Part shown: one piece after another, positions 49,028 through 58,248 of the stretch
Layout: the number at the start of each line of letters is the position of its first letter
Numbering within the stretch: the stretch's first letter is position 1
The notes under the pieces: generated by a model
What the model was told of the DNA's origin: nothing
Seen by the model: the letters and a program-made list of their open reading frames with translations, nothing else
Database searches by the model: none
Made by a program: the position numbers and the translations under genes
DNA from: an uncultured cyanobacterium
GTDB lineage: Bacteria > Cyanobacteriota > Cyanobacteriia > Pseudanabaenales > Pseudanabaenaceae
Assembly (NCBI GenBank): GCA_963703315.1
Contig: OY969811.1
Location: 1,952,001 to 2,016,000, forward strand
Direction of reading: 5' to 3'
Length of the DNA: 64,000 nt

Positions 49028-49095
49028 AATAAGCTCCTTCCATAATTTGAGAATTATTTACTAGAGTCGAATTAACAACTCTGGTCTCTGAAACT

Positions 49096-49166
49096 ACGAT
49101 GACAGGCAAACATTTGATTTCTTGAATGAATTGTTTAAATTGATTGAATACAATACAAATCGTAAT
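49096..49166 (-). promoter_or_regulatory. Island promoter motif, copy G
   Basis: rc: TTCAATCAA TTTAAACAA TTCATTCA AGAAATCAA atgtttgcc TGt CATCGT. Confidence 0.7.
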
Positions 49167-49270
49167 TAAACAAATATGCCAAATCCTCCACAAAACCCGT
49201 TAACCTGTGGCGCACGCCACAGGTTAACGGGTTTTAGCTACTTACCGATAGCACCGCAAGTTGAATCCTC

Positions 49271-49531
49271 CTAATTATTAGTCCAGTGCCAAGCATCAAC
49301 AGACTTACGGGCGCTATCTGCAAAATCGTTAGCATCGTGACGGACTGGCACTCTAGGATCGCGATCGCTACCATTAGACCAGTACCAAGCATCGATAGAA
49401 TTATGAACGCTATTTGTAAAATCGTCAGTATCATGACGAATTGGCATTCTAGGATCACCAGTTGGATTCCTGACTGATTCTTGAATTTGACCTTTGATAT
49501 CTTTTTCCTTGTCGCTATTTTCTAAACTCAT
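49271..49531 (-). CDS. Diverged CsbD paralog with an internal 32-aa duplication
   Basis: MSLEN...KGQIQESV..PTGD; 96-nt-period repeat at 49280-49360 and 49376-49456. Confidence 0.55.
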   Translation of the reverse strand: MSLENSDKEKDIKGQIQESVRNPTGDPRMPIRHDTDDFTNSVHNSIDAWYWSNGSDRDPRVPVRHDANDFADSARKSVDAWHWTNN

Positions 49532-49666
49532 GATGGAATATTTACTAGGATAGAATTTACAACTTTGGACTTATAGGTCACCATTCCATTAAGACAAATA
49601 AAAACTCAATAAGTTCCCCTACTCGTCTTTTAGTTTTGTGTTCTAAAAAGAATTGGCGACAGTTAT

Positions 49667-49737
49667 ACTGTGACAAGCGAATATTTCATTTCCTGATTGA
49701 ATTGATTGAATTGATTGAATGAAATACAAATCTTAAT
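49667..49737 (-). promoter_or_regulatory. Island promoter motif, copy H
   Basis: rc: TTCAATCAA TTCAATCAA TTCAATCA GGAAATGAA atattcgct TGt CACAGT. Confidence 0.7.
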
Positions 49738-49953
49738 TAATGCCAAATCCAATTTAAGTAGCTGGGCGCAATTAAATATAAAACCAGAGCAAAACCTATG
49801 GCGCACGCTGCGCGTGCGCCATAGGTTTTTGCTCTGGTTTTTAGATAGTTAAGATTGGCGACGCTTTGCGCCACCAATCTCATAAAAACAAATGAAGGCG
49901 GTGCTTTGCACCACTTTCATTTGTTTGGGTTTGCAAAACTTGAATTGCTATAA

Positions 49954-50727
49954 TTAATTAAGATCAATTTTATTCATGCGATGTTCATTCAAGCTCTTTG
50001 CAAAATTTAGATCTTCAGTACCAAGTAATTTATCCCAGAATGTGAAATAAAGACCATAATGCCGATTGTACTTAAGATGATGAATGGAATGATGGGCAGG
50101 ACCAATAAACCACCTCACTAACCAATGGTGCGGAAATGATAAGGGAAACCGATCAATCCCTAGATGGTTTAACACTGCCCAGATCGTCATTGTCGTTAGG
50201 ATGGCTATTAAAGTAATAAAATGCAATGGAATAATAAAAACAATACCAATCAAAAAGAGAGAACTAACGATCGCTTCTAATGGATCAAAAGCAAAGGAAG
50301 TCCAAGGCGTAGGATAGCGCGATCGATGATGCCCTTGATGCAACCAATGAAAAAGAGAAGGATGATGAAATAAGCGATGGGTAAAGTAAAAATAGGCATC
50401 TTGCAAAATTAACACTGCTCCATAACTTACGCCTAAGTACCACAGTCCATATTCTCTAGGATTACTGTAAAGGCGCGTAAAGTTAGCATTATAGAGCGAT
50501 ACGATTAATGCTGAGGCGATCGCAAATACTGCTGCCGAAAGTACAGAAAGTTGAATGTCCCGTTGGATTGATTCCCAAGATGGATTCTGTGGTTGATTTT
50601 GTCCGCCTAAAGAATGACGTAAAGGCGAATAAAAGAATAAATATGTCCCTCCCGCAACCAAAAAGTATCGGACAAGAATAATTCCAAAAAAGGCAATACC
50701 ATAGAATCCGAATGATTGATCTAGCAA
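49954..50727 (-). CDS. Sterol desaturase / fatty acid hydroxylase family protein
   Basis: His boxes HRLFH, HQGHH, HHSIHH. Confidence 0.9.
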   Translation of the reverse strand: MLDQSFGFYGIAFFGIILVRYFLVAGGTYLFFYSPLRHSLGGQNQPQNPSWESIQRDIQLSVLSAAVFAIASALIVSLYNANFTRLYSNPREYGLWYLGVSYGAVLILQDAYFYFTHRLFHHPSLFHWLHQGHHRSRYPTPWTSFAFDPLEAIVSSLFLIGIVFIIPLHFITLIAILTTMTIWAVLNHLGIDRFPLSFPHHWLVRWFIGPAHHSIHHLKYNRHYGLYFTFWDKLLGTEDLNFAKSLNEHRMNKIDLN

Positions 50728-50728
50728 T

Positions 50729-51145
50729 TTAAACTCTGTTATAAAAAATAAATCTGACTAATGAAATCAAAAGATAGCTTAAAAGCGCGTAGGCAATAAT
50801 TGCAATGACAATATTTACATCAAAGATATTTGCGCCGCCATCAGAAGTAGGACTGATGAATAAAGTAGAAAATGGGGCAATAAAGGGGGCAGATAGATTA
50901 TTGATAAATCGTGCGAATTCATTTTGGGTATTAGCACCAAATAAACGTAATATGAACCTTAAAATTAATAATATTTCAATAATTCCTCCTAGCCAATAAA
51001 TACTATTAACGATCCAATAATAAGTATTAGTGCGCTGAGCTACTCCTAGACGATTTTCTTCTTGCCGAAGTCGAAATTGTTCTTCATCTTGTCGTAGGTC
51101 TTGTCGTCTTTCAAGATTACTTTCATCACGTTGATTATCATTCAT
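50729..51145 (-). CDS. YggT-family membrane protein
   Basis: LRFILRLFGAN...LSAPFIAPF. Confidence 0.8.
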   Translation of the reverse strand: MNDNQRDESNLERRQDLRQDEEQFRLRQEENRLGVAQRTNTYYWIVNSIYWLGGIIEILLILRFILRLFGANTQNEFARFINNLSAPFIAPFSTLFISPTSDGGANIFDVNIVIAIIAYALLSYLLISLVRFIFYNRV

Positions 51146-51180
51146 TTTGCAACCATTACATTTTATGTGGGCGTAAAGCT

Positions 51181-51273
51181 TATAGCATTTTCATCTAGTG
51201 ACGTATAGGTTGGTTTCCCCGCCTTCGGCGGGGAAACCAACCTATGTAACGCGCTTGCTTGAAAAGCGCTATA
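51181..51273. repeat. MITE-like element with TATAGC..TTTTCA / TGAAAA..GCTATA ends and a central hairpin
   Basis: Terminal inverted repeats; TAGGTTGGTTTCCCCGCC-TTC-GGCGGGGAAACCAACCTA core. Confidence 0.65.
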
Positions 51274-51287
51274 TCGCTTTTAGCTGT

Positions 51288-51350
51288 ATATTTACAGATA
51301 GCTGTATGATTTTGTGTATAAGTTGATGGAATAATATATGAATCTTTATC
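51288..51350 (-). promoter_or_regulatory. Island promoter motif, copy I
   Basis: rc: TTCCATCAA CTTATACA CAAAATCAT acagctatc TGt AAATAT. Confidence 0.6.
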
Positions 51351-51409
51351 TTATCCAATTGTAAAAACCTTAGTTATAGATGGTGCAACGTACCATCTAT
51401 AACTAAGGT

Positions 51410-52120
51410 TTACTGAATTAAGCCTGCAATAATATTGATACTCATAGCAACGATCGCGGTATTAAAGAAAAAAGAGAGAATGCTATGGAATAAAGATAAA
51501 CGTCTTAGCGATCGCGAAGTAATCTCTACATCTGAAACTTGGCTCGTCATGCCAATCACAAACGAGAAATATAAAAAATCCCAATAGTCTGGCTCAATAT
51601 CTTCAGGAAAATCTAGTCCGCCCGCTTTGCAATCACTCTGCGTCTGGTGATCTTGATAATATTCATGAGCATAGTGCATTGTAAAAATCGTGTGAACGAG
51701 CAACCATGAACCAACAATTGTAACTATCGCAAGCATTACATGAGGAATTATGATATTTATTTCTTTTCCTTTTGCTTCTCTCAAGATAAAGGCGATCGCT
51801 AAGATACTGGCACAGGCAGCAGCAGTAACGATACTCAAGATTACTAGTCGCCCCTCATCCTGACTTTGAGCATTACGGCGCATTGTTGTTGGCTTTGCTT
51901 GCACCATTAGCACCCAAGTTGCTACTAAAAAACTGATCATCCCTGTATTCCATATACAGAGAATCTTTGTGGATAAACTAAACCAATCTGGAAGCAAAAA
52001 CGATACGATGAAAGAAAATATAATAGATAAGATCAGACGCGAGCGAACTCTCCATCGATGAGACAGTTGCGCTTTGACTGAATTTTGCGTAGGTTTTTGA
52101 GGTAAGGTCATGGGCGGCAC
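51410..52120 (-). CDS. DUF1345-family membrane protein
   Basis: HYAHEYY, PDYWDFLYFSFVIGMTSQVSDV. Confidence 0.9.
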   Translation of the reverse strand: MPPMTLPQKPTQNSVKAQLSHRWRVRSRLILSIIFSFIVSFLLPDWFSLSTKILCIWNTGMISFLVATWVLMVQAKPTTMRRNAQSQDEGRLVILSIVTAAACASILAIAFILREAKGKEINIIIPHVMLAIVTIVGSWLLVHTIFTMHYAHEYYQDHQTQSDCKAGGLDFPEDIEPDYWDFLYFSFVIGMTSQVSDVEITSRSLRRLSLFHSILSFFFNTAIVAMSINIIAGLIQ

Positions 52121-52229
52121 TATGCTATGCCAAGCATTCAGATGAAATCTTATTTAACGGCAGGACTATCTAAAATAGCTTTAATAGCTTTGCCAAATAG
52201 TGTAACTCTTTTGTTTAGGCATATGATTT

Positions 52230-53138
52230 CTACACATGATTTTCTGGCTCTAGATGGCATGGGTAGTCGGGATCGCCAGATTCAATTTGTAGGGTTGAGT
52301 GGTCAATGCCAAAGTGAGTATGCAGATCTTTGCAAGTATCAGTTAAAAAGCGATCGCCTTCATGTCCTGCTGGCATCACCAAATGCGCGGTGAGAGCGAT
52401 CTCGGTGGTACTGATTGCCCAGATATGGAGATCATGAACTTGGGTGACACCTTGCAGATTTTGTAAAAAAGTCCGTACGGCGATCGGTTCTATCTGTTTA
52501 GGAACTCCATCAAGGATTAGTTCCAAAGCATCTTTAAATAAATTCCAAGTTCCCACGACGATGACGGCAACGATCGCCAAACTAATCACAGGATCGAGCC
52601 AAAACCAACCTGTGAGCAAAATCGAAATTCCTGCTAGTACCACGCCCACCGACACTAATGCATCGGCTGCCATGTGCAGAAATGCGCCCCGAATGTTCAT
52701 ATCCTTGTCGCGTTCTGACAAAAACAAGAGTGCAGTGATGGTGTTAATCACTACCCCGATTCCTGCGACTAAAATTACTGTGCCACCAGCGATCGCTGTA
52801 GGTTCTTGCAAGCGGCGAATCGCTTCCCAAGTAATCCCACCCATCGTTAGCAATAACAGAATTGCATTAACTAAAGCTGCCAATATCGAAGAGCGCCGCA
52901 GTCCATATGTGTATTTGTGATTGGGAGGACGCTGTACGAGATAACTAGCTCCCCATGCTAACAATAGTCCTAACACATCGCTGAGATTATGCCCTGCGTC
53001 TGCCAATAATGCTAATGAGTGGGTAATCAGCCCGAACCAAGCCTCCACTAAAACAAAGCCAATATTTAGGCAAGTGCCAATCAGAAAGGCGCGGTTATAG
53101 TTTTTAGGCGCATGACTATGTTCGTGATGATGAGCCAT
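52230..53138 (-). CDS. Cation diffusion facilitator (CzcD/ZitB-like)
   Basis: His-rich N-terminus, ADAGHNLSD, FLHMAAD, VHDLHIW. Confidence 0.92.
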   Translation of the reverse strand: MAHHHEHSHAPKNYNRAFLIGTCLNIGFVLVEAWFGLITHSLALLADAGHNLSDVLGLLLAWGASYLVQRPPNHKYTYGLRRSSILAALVNAILLLLTMGGITWEAIRRLQEPTAIAGGTVILVAGIGVVINTITALLFLSERDKDMNIRGAFLHMAADALVSVGVVLAGISILLTGWFWLDPVISLAIVAVIVVGTWNLFKDALELILDGVPKQIEPIAVRTFLQNLQGVTQVHDLHIWAISTTEIALTAHLVMPAGHEGDRFLTDTCKDLHTHFGIDHSTLQIESGDPDYPCHLEPENHV

Positions 53139-53298
53139 AGGAATAACCTCATTAAATAGGCATCAATAAACTGGCGATTGCAAAACTGGCGATCGCATTC
53201 AGCACAAATATGATTCAGAATTTGATATGCCTTGATAATGAGGATAGCCCAAAAACAGATGAATATTGTTTTGATTAATGAGACGATCGCTATTACGA

Positions 53299-53571
53299 TT
53301 ACTGAATTTTCGACAGGATCAAGCTGACAAGGACAATAAGTCCTAATGCTCTCCGAAAGTAATTAACCCCTTGAAATAATTCTTCCCAAGCCCAAGTAAA
53401 CAAAGATCCGAAAGCGATCGCGTCTAATCCGATAGAAATTTTACCTGTTGTAAAAAACAGCTTTAACAAACTAGCTACAATCCAGACAATCAGAGGTAAG
53501 TTCGGCATCTGGGCGAGAACAATGTCACCTTCGCGATCGCGAAACACTTTATCGAATAACGTATTTTCCAT
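53299..53571 (-). CDS. Small membrane protein
   Basis: AQMPNLPL, WAWEELFQGVNYFRRALG. Confidence 0.75.
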   Translation of the reverse strand: MENTLFDKVFRDREGDIVLAQMPNLPLIVWIVASLLKLFFTTGKISIGLDAIAFGSLFTWAWEELFQGVNYFRRALGLIVLVSLILSKIQ

Positions 53572-54056
53572 TAAATCACTCTTTTTTCTGGTATTTCTAC
53601 AAGTATAGAGATCACAAGTAAACTTAGTCCCATAATTTTAACGAGGGCATTTGCTGTGTGGGCATATTCCCATTGATCACGATACTGCATCCAGTTTAAT
53701 GGAATGGGAGTCGTTAACCATTTAGCGAATTCAGCATTCATTGGCGCGATAAGTACAATCCAACTCACAAATGCGATCGCTAAGAGTATCGCTCCGCCCA
53801 ATGTCCAGTAAAACGTTGAACCATGTTTGCGAACTAGAAATACGAGAATAATTGCAGTTAAAATAGCGGCAATTTCAAAGAATGCACCGACTGTACCAAA
53901 CAACCGATAAATATTTTCAATAACTGTCACTCTGATCCAAAGTTGTTGGTCAAACTGCATTCTTTGCGGTAACTCTAGCAAATGTGTCATCGACAAACTA
54001 AGACTAAACGCAGCCAGCATCAGCGTAATAAATCGCCAAACTCGGATGAATATCAT
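53571..54056 (-). CDS. DUF1772-like membrane protein
   Basis: HLLELP, PMNAE, RDQWEYAH. Confidence 0.7.
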   Translation of the reverse strand: MIFIRVWRFITLMLAAFSLSLSMTHLLELPQRMQFDQQLWIRVTVIENIYRLFGTVGAFFEIAAILTAIILVFLVRKHGSTFYWTLGGAILLAIAFVSWIVLIAPMNAEFAKWLTTPIPLNWMQYRDQWEYAHTANALVKIMGLSLLVISILVEIPEKRVI

Positions 54057-54108
54057 TTTGTTTTGTCTGATATAAATTAAATAAAGCCGAAACTACGTTT
54101 AACCTGAA

Positions 54109-54369
54109 TTAATGATCGACAGCCGATGCAGAATCTAATTCCCAGCGATCGCGATCACGCTTTAGGAGCATTTCTTCGGTATCAATGGGAGTATGATCAT
54201 CTACCACAATCCCCATCGCCACCGCCAATTCTTCTGTGTCATTTTGACTGGGAACTGCGGTGCTACCGCCAACGGCTTCATCACCATTTACTTCTGCTCG
54301 ATAGGCATCATTCTCAGCGTCGTCGGCTGAATCTGCACCTGTTAGCAAATTTGGTTGTGGGTTTGTCAT
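54109..54369 (-). CDS. DUF6335-like acidic small protein
   Basis: GDEAVGGST..PSQN..EELAVAMG, RDRDRWEL. Confidence 0.75.
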   Translation of the reverse strand: MTNPQPNLLTGADSADDAENDAYRAEVNGDEAVGGSTAVPSQNDTEELAVAMGIVVDDHTPIDTEEMLLKRDRDRWELDSASAVDH

Positions 54370-54402
54370 ACATTTTTTCCTGTAAGTTCTTCTTATCTCT
54401 TC

Positions 54403-54465
54403 ACGATCGCAGAAGCATGATTGATCTAAGATGTGAATTGGTTAAATACAGTACAAAACTTATCT
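54403..54465 (-). promoter_or_regulatory. Island promoter motif, copy J
   Basis: rc: TAGATAAGTTTTGTACTGTA (shared with copy A) TTTAACCAA TTCACATC TTAGATCAA tcatgcttc TGc GATCGT. Confidence 0.65.
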
Positions 54466-54529
54466 ATCCTTCTTCTTCATTAAGAGAGCTATCATTTAGG
54501 TAATGAATGACAAGTAATGGTAAAAAATA

Positions 54530-55228
54530 ATGGCTCAACTTATCTTGGTTCGGCATGGACAGAGCCTTTGGAATGCCCTCAATAAATTCACGGGATGGGT
54601 AGATGTCCCATTAAGTGAACGTGGACGAGCAGAAGCAACGATCGCCTCTTGTCGGCTCAGTGGTTATCGCGTAAATGTCTGTTTTACTAGCAAATTAATT
54701 CGGGCGATCGAGACAGCGACAATTTGCCTAACAGAACGCGATGATATCTGTGGTGGCAAAATTCCGATTATTAAGCACGAACAATCCGACCAAGACTGGA
54801 ATGGCTGGGATCGTTACGATGGGAACCCAGATGAAGAGTTACCTATTTTTACAAATGCTGCCCTTGATGAGCGGTTTTATGGTGAATTGCAGGGCTTAAA
54901 TAAAGCCGAAACCGCGATCAAGTATGGCGATGAAAAGGTGCATGAATGGCGGAGGTCTTTCAGCGTTCGACCACCTGGAGGAGAGAGTTTAGAGGATACC
55001 CAAAAGCGAGTGATTGCTTATTTTAAAATCCGCATTTTGCCGCATTTACTTCAAGGCGAAAACGTTCTCATTGCTGCTCATGGGAACTCATTACGTTCCA
55101 TTATTATGATGCTCGATCGCCTGAGTCCACAGGAAGTAACAGCACTAGAATTAGCCACGGGTGTGCCGATTGTGTATGACCTTGATGTCTCTGGAGATGC
55201 GATCGGCAAAAAGATTCTAAATGATTGA
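54530..55228 (+). CDS. gpmA: 2,3-bisphosphoglycerate-dependent phosphoglycerate mutase
   Basis: LVRHGQSLWN, FTGWVDV, ERFYGELQGLNK, AHGNSLR. Confidence 0.92.
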   Translation: MAQLILVRHGQSLWNALNKFTGWVDVPLSERGRAEATIASCRLSGYRVNVCFTSKLIRAIETATICLTERDDICGGKIPIIKHEQSDQDWNGWDRYDGNPDEELPIFTNAALDERFYGELQGLNKAETAIKYGDEKVHEWRRSFSVRPPGGESLEDTQKRVIAYFKIRILPHLLQGENVLIAAHGNSLRSIIMMLDRLSPQEVTALELATGVPIVYDLDVSGDAIGKKILND

Positions 55229-55241
55229 CATCAATTAATAC

Positions 55242-55913
55242 TCAACTCAAAAGATCGTATGTACCACCGCGCTCTAATGCTTTTTTGTATGCAGGACGGC
55301 TGTGGATGCGATTCAAGAATGCCATAAGTTTTGGACGACTTGAGTTCAGTCCACCCCTTGCCAATGCTGCCTCTAGAGGGAAACTGATTTGGATATCGGC
55401 TGCGGTAAATTCGTTGCCCGCAAACCATGTGCTTTTACTAATCTCTGCCTCCATATAGTCTAGATGCAGAGCGAGCTGAGGATCAATAAATAAACTTTTA
55501 ACGCGATTTGTGATTGATTTAGCGATCGGACGCACAAAAAAGAGCATGGGACTCTTTTCAATTTGGTCGAAGATCAGCTTAAGTAATAACGGAGGCATCG
55601 CAGAACCTTCGGCATAGTGCAACCAATAGGTGTAGCGCAAATGTTCTGGCGTGCCTAGCGCAGGTTTTAAGCGTCCGTTGCCATAGCGATCGACTAAGTA
55701 CTCGACAATGGCTCCAGATTCCGCCAAGGTCAGATCACCATCAGTAATCACAGGCGATTTACCGAGGGGATGTACTTTTTGTAAAGATGGGGGAGCCAAC
55801 ATAGTTTTCGGGTCACGTTCATAGCGCTTGATTTCGTAGGGGAGTTCCAGTTCCTCTAGTAGCCAAAGTACCCGTTGGGAGCGAGAGTTATTTAAATGGT
55901 GAACGGTGATCAT
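55242..55913 (-). CDS. Glutathione S-transferase (GTT1-like)
   Basis: HLNNSRSQR, HPLGKSP, AESGAI, FTAADI. Confidence 0.92.
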   Translation of the reverse strand: MITVHHLNNSRSQRVLWLLEELELPYEIKRYERDPKTMLAPPSLQKVHPLGKSPVITDGDLTLAESGAIVEYLVDRYGNGRLKPALGTPEHLRYTYWLHYAEGSAMPPLLLKLIFDQIEKSPMLFFVRPIAKSITNRVKSLFIDPQLALHLDYMEAEISKSTWFAGNEFTAADIQISFPLEAALARGGLNSSRPKLMAFLNRIHSRPAYKKALERGGTYDLLS

Positions 55914-55924
55914 AAAACTTTCTC

Positions 55925-56278
55925 TCATTTTGTTGAAGCAGGTTGACAGGTCACAACTCCTTCTTTTTGAGTGTTTGCATCAGGGTTGCTACCCATCGCC
56001 CGAACCTTCATACTCGGCTGATAGTTTGGATAGCAACGCACTAAAACCGTATCACCATCACGAGTTATATATAGAACACTAATGGGTTTCCCCCCCAGAA
56101 TAGCGGTTTCGAGATAAGGGGGTGTAGCGGCAGTTGCAATCAATTCAGGTTGAGGAGTAGTATTCACTGAATCGGACAGAATAGCCTTTGCGCCTAGAGG
56201 TTGTAAATAGAGCAGTAAAAATGTTGTCGCGATCGCTAATATTGCCACAAACAACTTAGAAGATAGTTTAAACATCAC
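55925..56278 (-). CDS. Exported hypothetical protein
   Basis: Signal peptide ending AKA; two Cys. Confidence 0.65.
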   Translation of the reverse strand: MMFKLSSKLFVAILAIATTFLLLYLQPLGAKAILSDSVNTTPQPELIATAATPPYLETAILGGKPISVLYITRDGDTVLVRCYPNYQPSMKVRAMGSNPDANTQKEGVVTCQPASTK

Positions 56279-56338
56279 CTGACCTTTTCCTTATAAATCA
56301 ACAAAATAGAGAAGTGGCGCAAAGCGCCACTTCTCTAT

Positions 56339-56875
56339 TTAAACTCCCACAGTTTTTTTATTCATCTCTGGTTTTGAGCCATTGGATTCCACAGCTTCAC
56401 CTTCAATGAAAGAACGTAGCATCCATGCAATCTCTTCATGCTGTTCCATCAAACCTGTGAGAAAGTCGGCGGTTCCATCATCTTTAAACTTGTCGCCACA
56501 TTTATCAATGTCTCCTCGCAAATTTCGCACTACTTTTTCGTGATCTTCTAGCAATTGCGATACCATGCCTGTTGCGGTCGGAACCTTTCCAGCATTTTCC
56601 TTGAGTGAGCAGATTTTCAGAAATCCTTCCATTGTGCCGACAGGATAGCCTCCGAGCATTCTGATTCGCTCAGCGATCGCATCGACATTGAGGGTGAGAG
56701 CTTCATAATGTGCTTGCCAGAGTTTATGCAAGGTCATAAATTGAGGACCAACGACATCCCAATGATATTTTTTGGTTTTGACTAGCAGCAAATAGCTGTC
56801 TGCTAGGTCGTTGTTGAGGATGTCGATTACGCCTTGTCGTTGGGTATCGGTTAGTCCAATATTGATTGTCTTCAT
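56339..56875 (-). CDS. dps: Dps-family DNA-binding ferritin-like protein
   Basis: HWDVVGPQF..LH, DAIAER, HEEIAWML. Confidence 0.92.
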   Translation of the reverse strand: MKTINIGLTDTQRQGVIDILNNDLADSYLLLVKTKKYHWDVVGPQFMTLHKLWQAHYEALTLNVDAIAERIRMLGGYPVGTMEGFLKICSLKENAGKVPTATGMVSQLLEDHEKVVRNLRGDIDKCGDKFKDDGTADFLTGLMEQHEEIAWMLRSFIEGEAVESNGSKPEMNKKTVGV

Positions 56876-56922
56876 AATAAATTTCCTTGGATTAATGAAT
56901 GGTGTTGGTTAAAAACTCTAAG

Positions 56923-56992
56923 AGATCCCCCTCAATCCCCCTTAAAAAGGGGGAAGAATTAATTCTCTTTTTAAGGGGGGGTGGGGGGATCT
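56923..56992. repeat. GATCCCCC..CCCCTTAAAAAGGGG palindromic repeat
   Basis: Same family as 26976-27052. Confidence 0.7.
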
Positions 56993-57014
56993 AGAGCAAT
57001 TCTTAAATCGGTTC

Positions 57015-57212
57015 TTAGACTGGTTCCATTAATGGAACATCTGTTGCAGGTGCATCTTCTGGCTCAAAATCAGCCTTGGGAGTTCCACATTTGGGACAAA
57101 CCCAATCATCGGGCAAAGCTCCAAAGGGAGTACCAGGTTCAATACCTGAGTCTGGATCGCCGATCGCGGGATCGTAGACATATCCACAGGTTTTACAGAT
57201 ATATTTTTGCAT
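57015..57212 (-). CDS. Rubredoxin
   Basis: [14 protein letters not shown]...WVCPKCG. Confidence 0.92.
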   Translation of the reverse strand: MQKYICKTCGYVYDPAIGDPDSGIEPGTPFGALPDDWVCPKCGTPKADFEPEDAPATDVPLMEPV

Positions 57213-57321
57213 TTTTGACTCTAAGTTCCTAAATATAAAAATGGTTTTAGAAGAGCATAATAAGCGGCGCAAAGCGCCGCCCATTATGCTCACTACATAA
57301 TGGATGTAGCGATCGCAAAAG

Positions 57322-58056
57322 CTAAAAGTTATAGCCAATCCCAACCAAAATACCCAGATCAGTAGTGCGTAAAAAAGCTAAATTTGCCGCTACATTGATT
57401 GTAAAGTTAGATGATAGAGGGACATCAATCCCTGCGGTAAGCATAGGACCAACGCTACTATTAGAACCAGTATTAATCGCAATTCCACCACCTAGATAGG
57501 GAGAGAACCGCAAATCTCCAAAAGACTGTTGAGGTGCAAGATCATAGGTTACAGGAAGTAAAATAGTTGCAAAATCTCTTAGTATAAGCACACTAGGACG
57601 AACTGATATAACTTCAGTTAATCCAAGTTTACTGATAATTGCAAAGCTTGTCCCGCCTAAATCACTGCCACCAGTTAACCCAAAATTAGCCCCAACTCCT
57701 AAATAACTTGGTCCCGATCGCGTAGATCTAAATATGAGGTTGCCGTTGCTATCAGTTGGCGGCACGATCTGAGAAATGGTGTTTGTCGAACTTTTGAGGC
57801 TAATTGCATTACCTTGGGAACTCTCAGTTAAAGTTGCTACTGTTGATATTTTCCCTTCTGGTAATTGAATAGTCTTTTCAATTTGCTCTAATTTTAGTGA
57901 GGGTGTTACAGATTTAGGAACTTCGTTTTTATTAACTGCGATCGCACAATCTTTTACCCATCCACAATTAGAAGAATTAATTGTTTCTGCTTTTAGTTCA
58001 GGCACAAAGCTGCCCAACATTAATAGAGTTAGTCCAGCTAGAAGATTAAGTTTCAT
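57322..58056 (-). CDS. Outer-membrane beta-barrel protein (small, 8-strand type)
   Basis: Signal peptide; [14 protein letters not shown], terminal GIGYNF. Confidence 0.75.
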   Translation of the reverse strand: MKLNLLAGLTLLMLGSFVPELKAETINSSNCGWVKDCAIAVNKNEVPKSVTPSLKLEQIEKTIQLPEGKISTVATLTESSQGNAISLKSSTNTISQIVPPTDSNGNLIFRSTRSGPSYLGVGANFGLTGGSDLGGTSFAIISKLGLTEVISVRPSVLILRDFATILLPVTYDLAPQQSFGDLRFSPYLGGGIAINTGSNSSVGPMLTAGIDVPLSSNFTINVAANLAFLRTTDLGILVGIGYNF

Positions 58057-58096
58057 CGACTGTTCATTTATGAATTATTTCAGTTGTATATTGCCT

Positions 58097-58156
58097 AATT
58101 TGACATGACAATGATTGACTTCATGAATGAATTGATTGAGTCTACATAAGCTTAAT
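58097..58156 (-). promoter_or_regulatory. Island promoter motif, copy K
   Basis: rc: CTCAATCAA TTCATTCA TGAAGTCAA tcattgtca TGt CAAATT. Confidence 0.7.
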
Positions 58157-58248
58157 AGCAGCTTAAGGATTGAGAAGTATCAAATATTTGTGTTCAAACC
58201 TAAAAGCTTGTGCCACCCACTAAGCGGGTGACACAAGCTTCTATCTAC

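Noticed and set aside
53205..53280. SmtB/ArsR-type operator upstream of the CDF gene
   Set aside because: Only one half-site resembles the consensus; too weak to call
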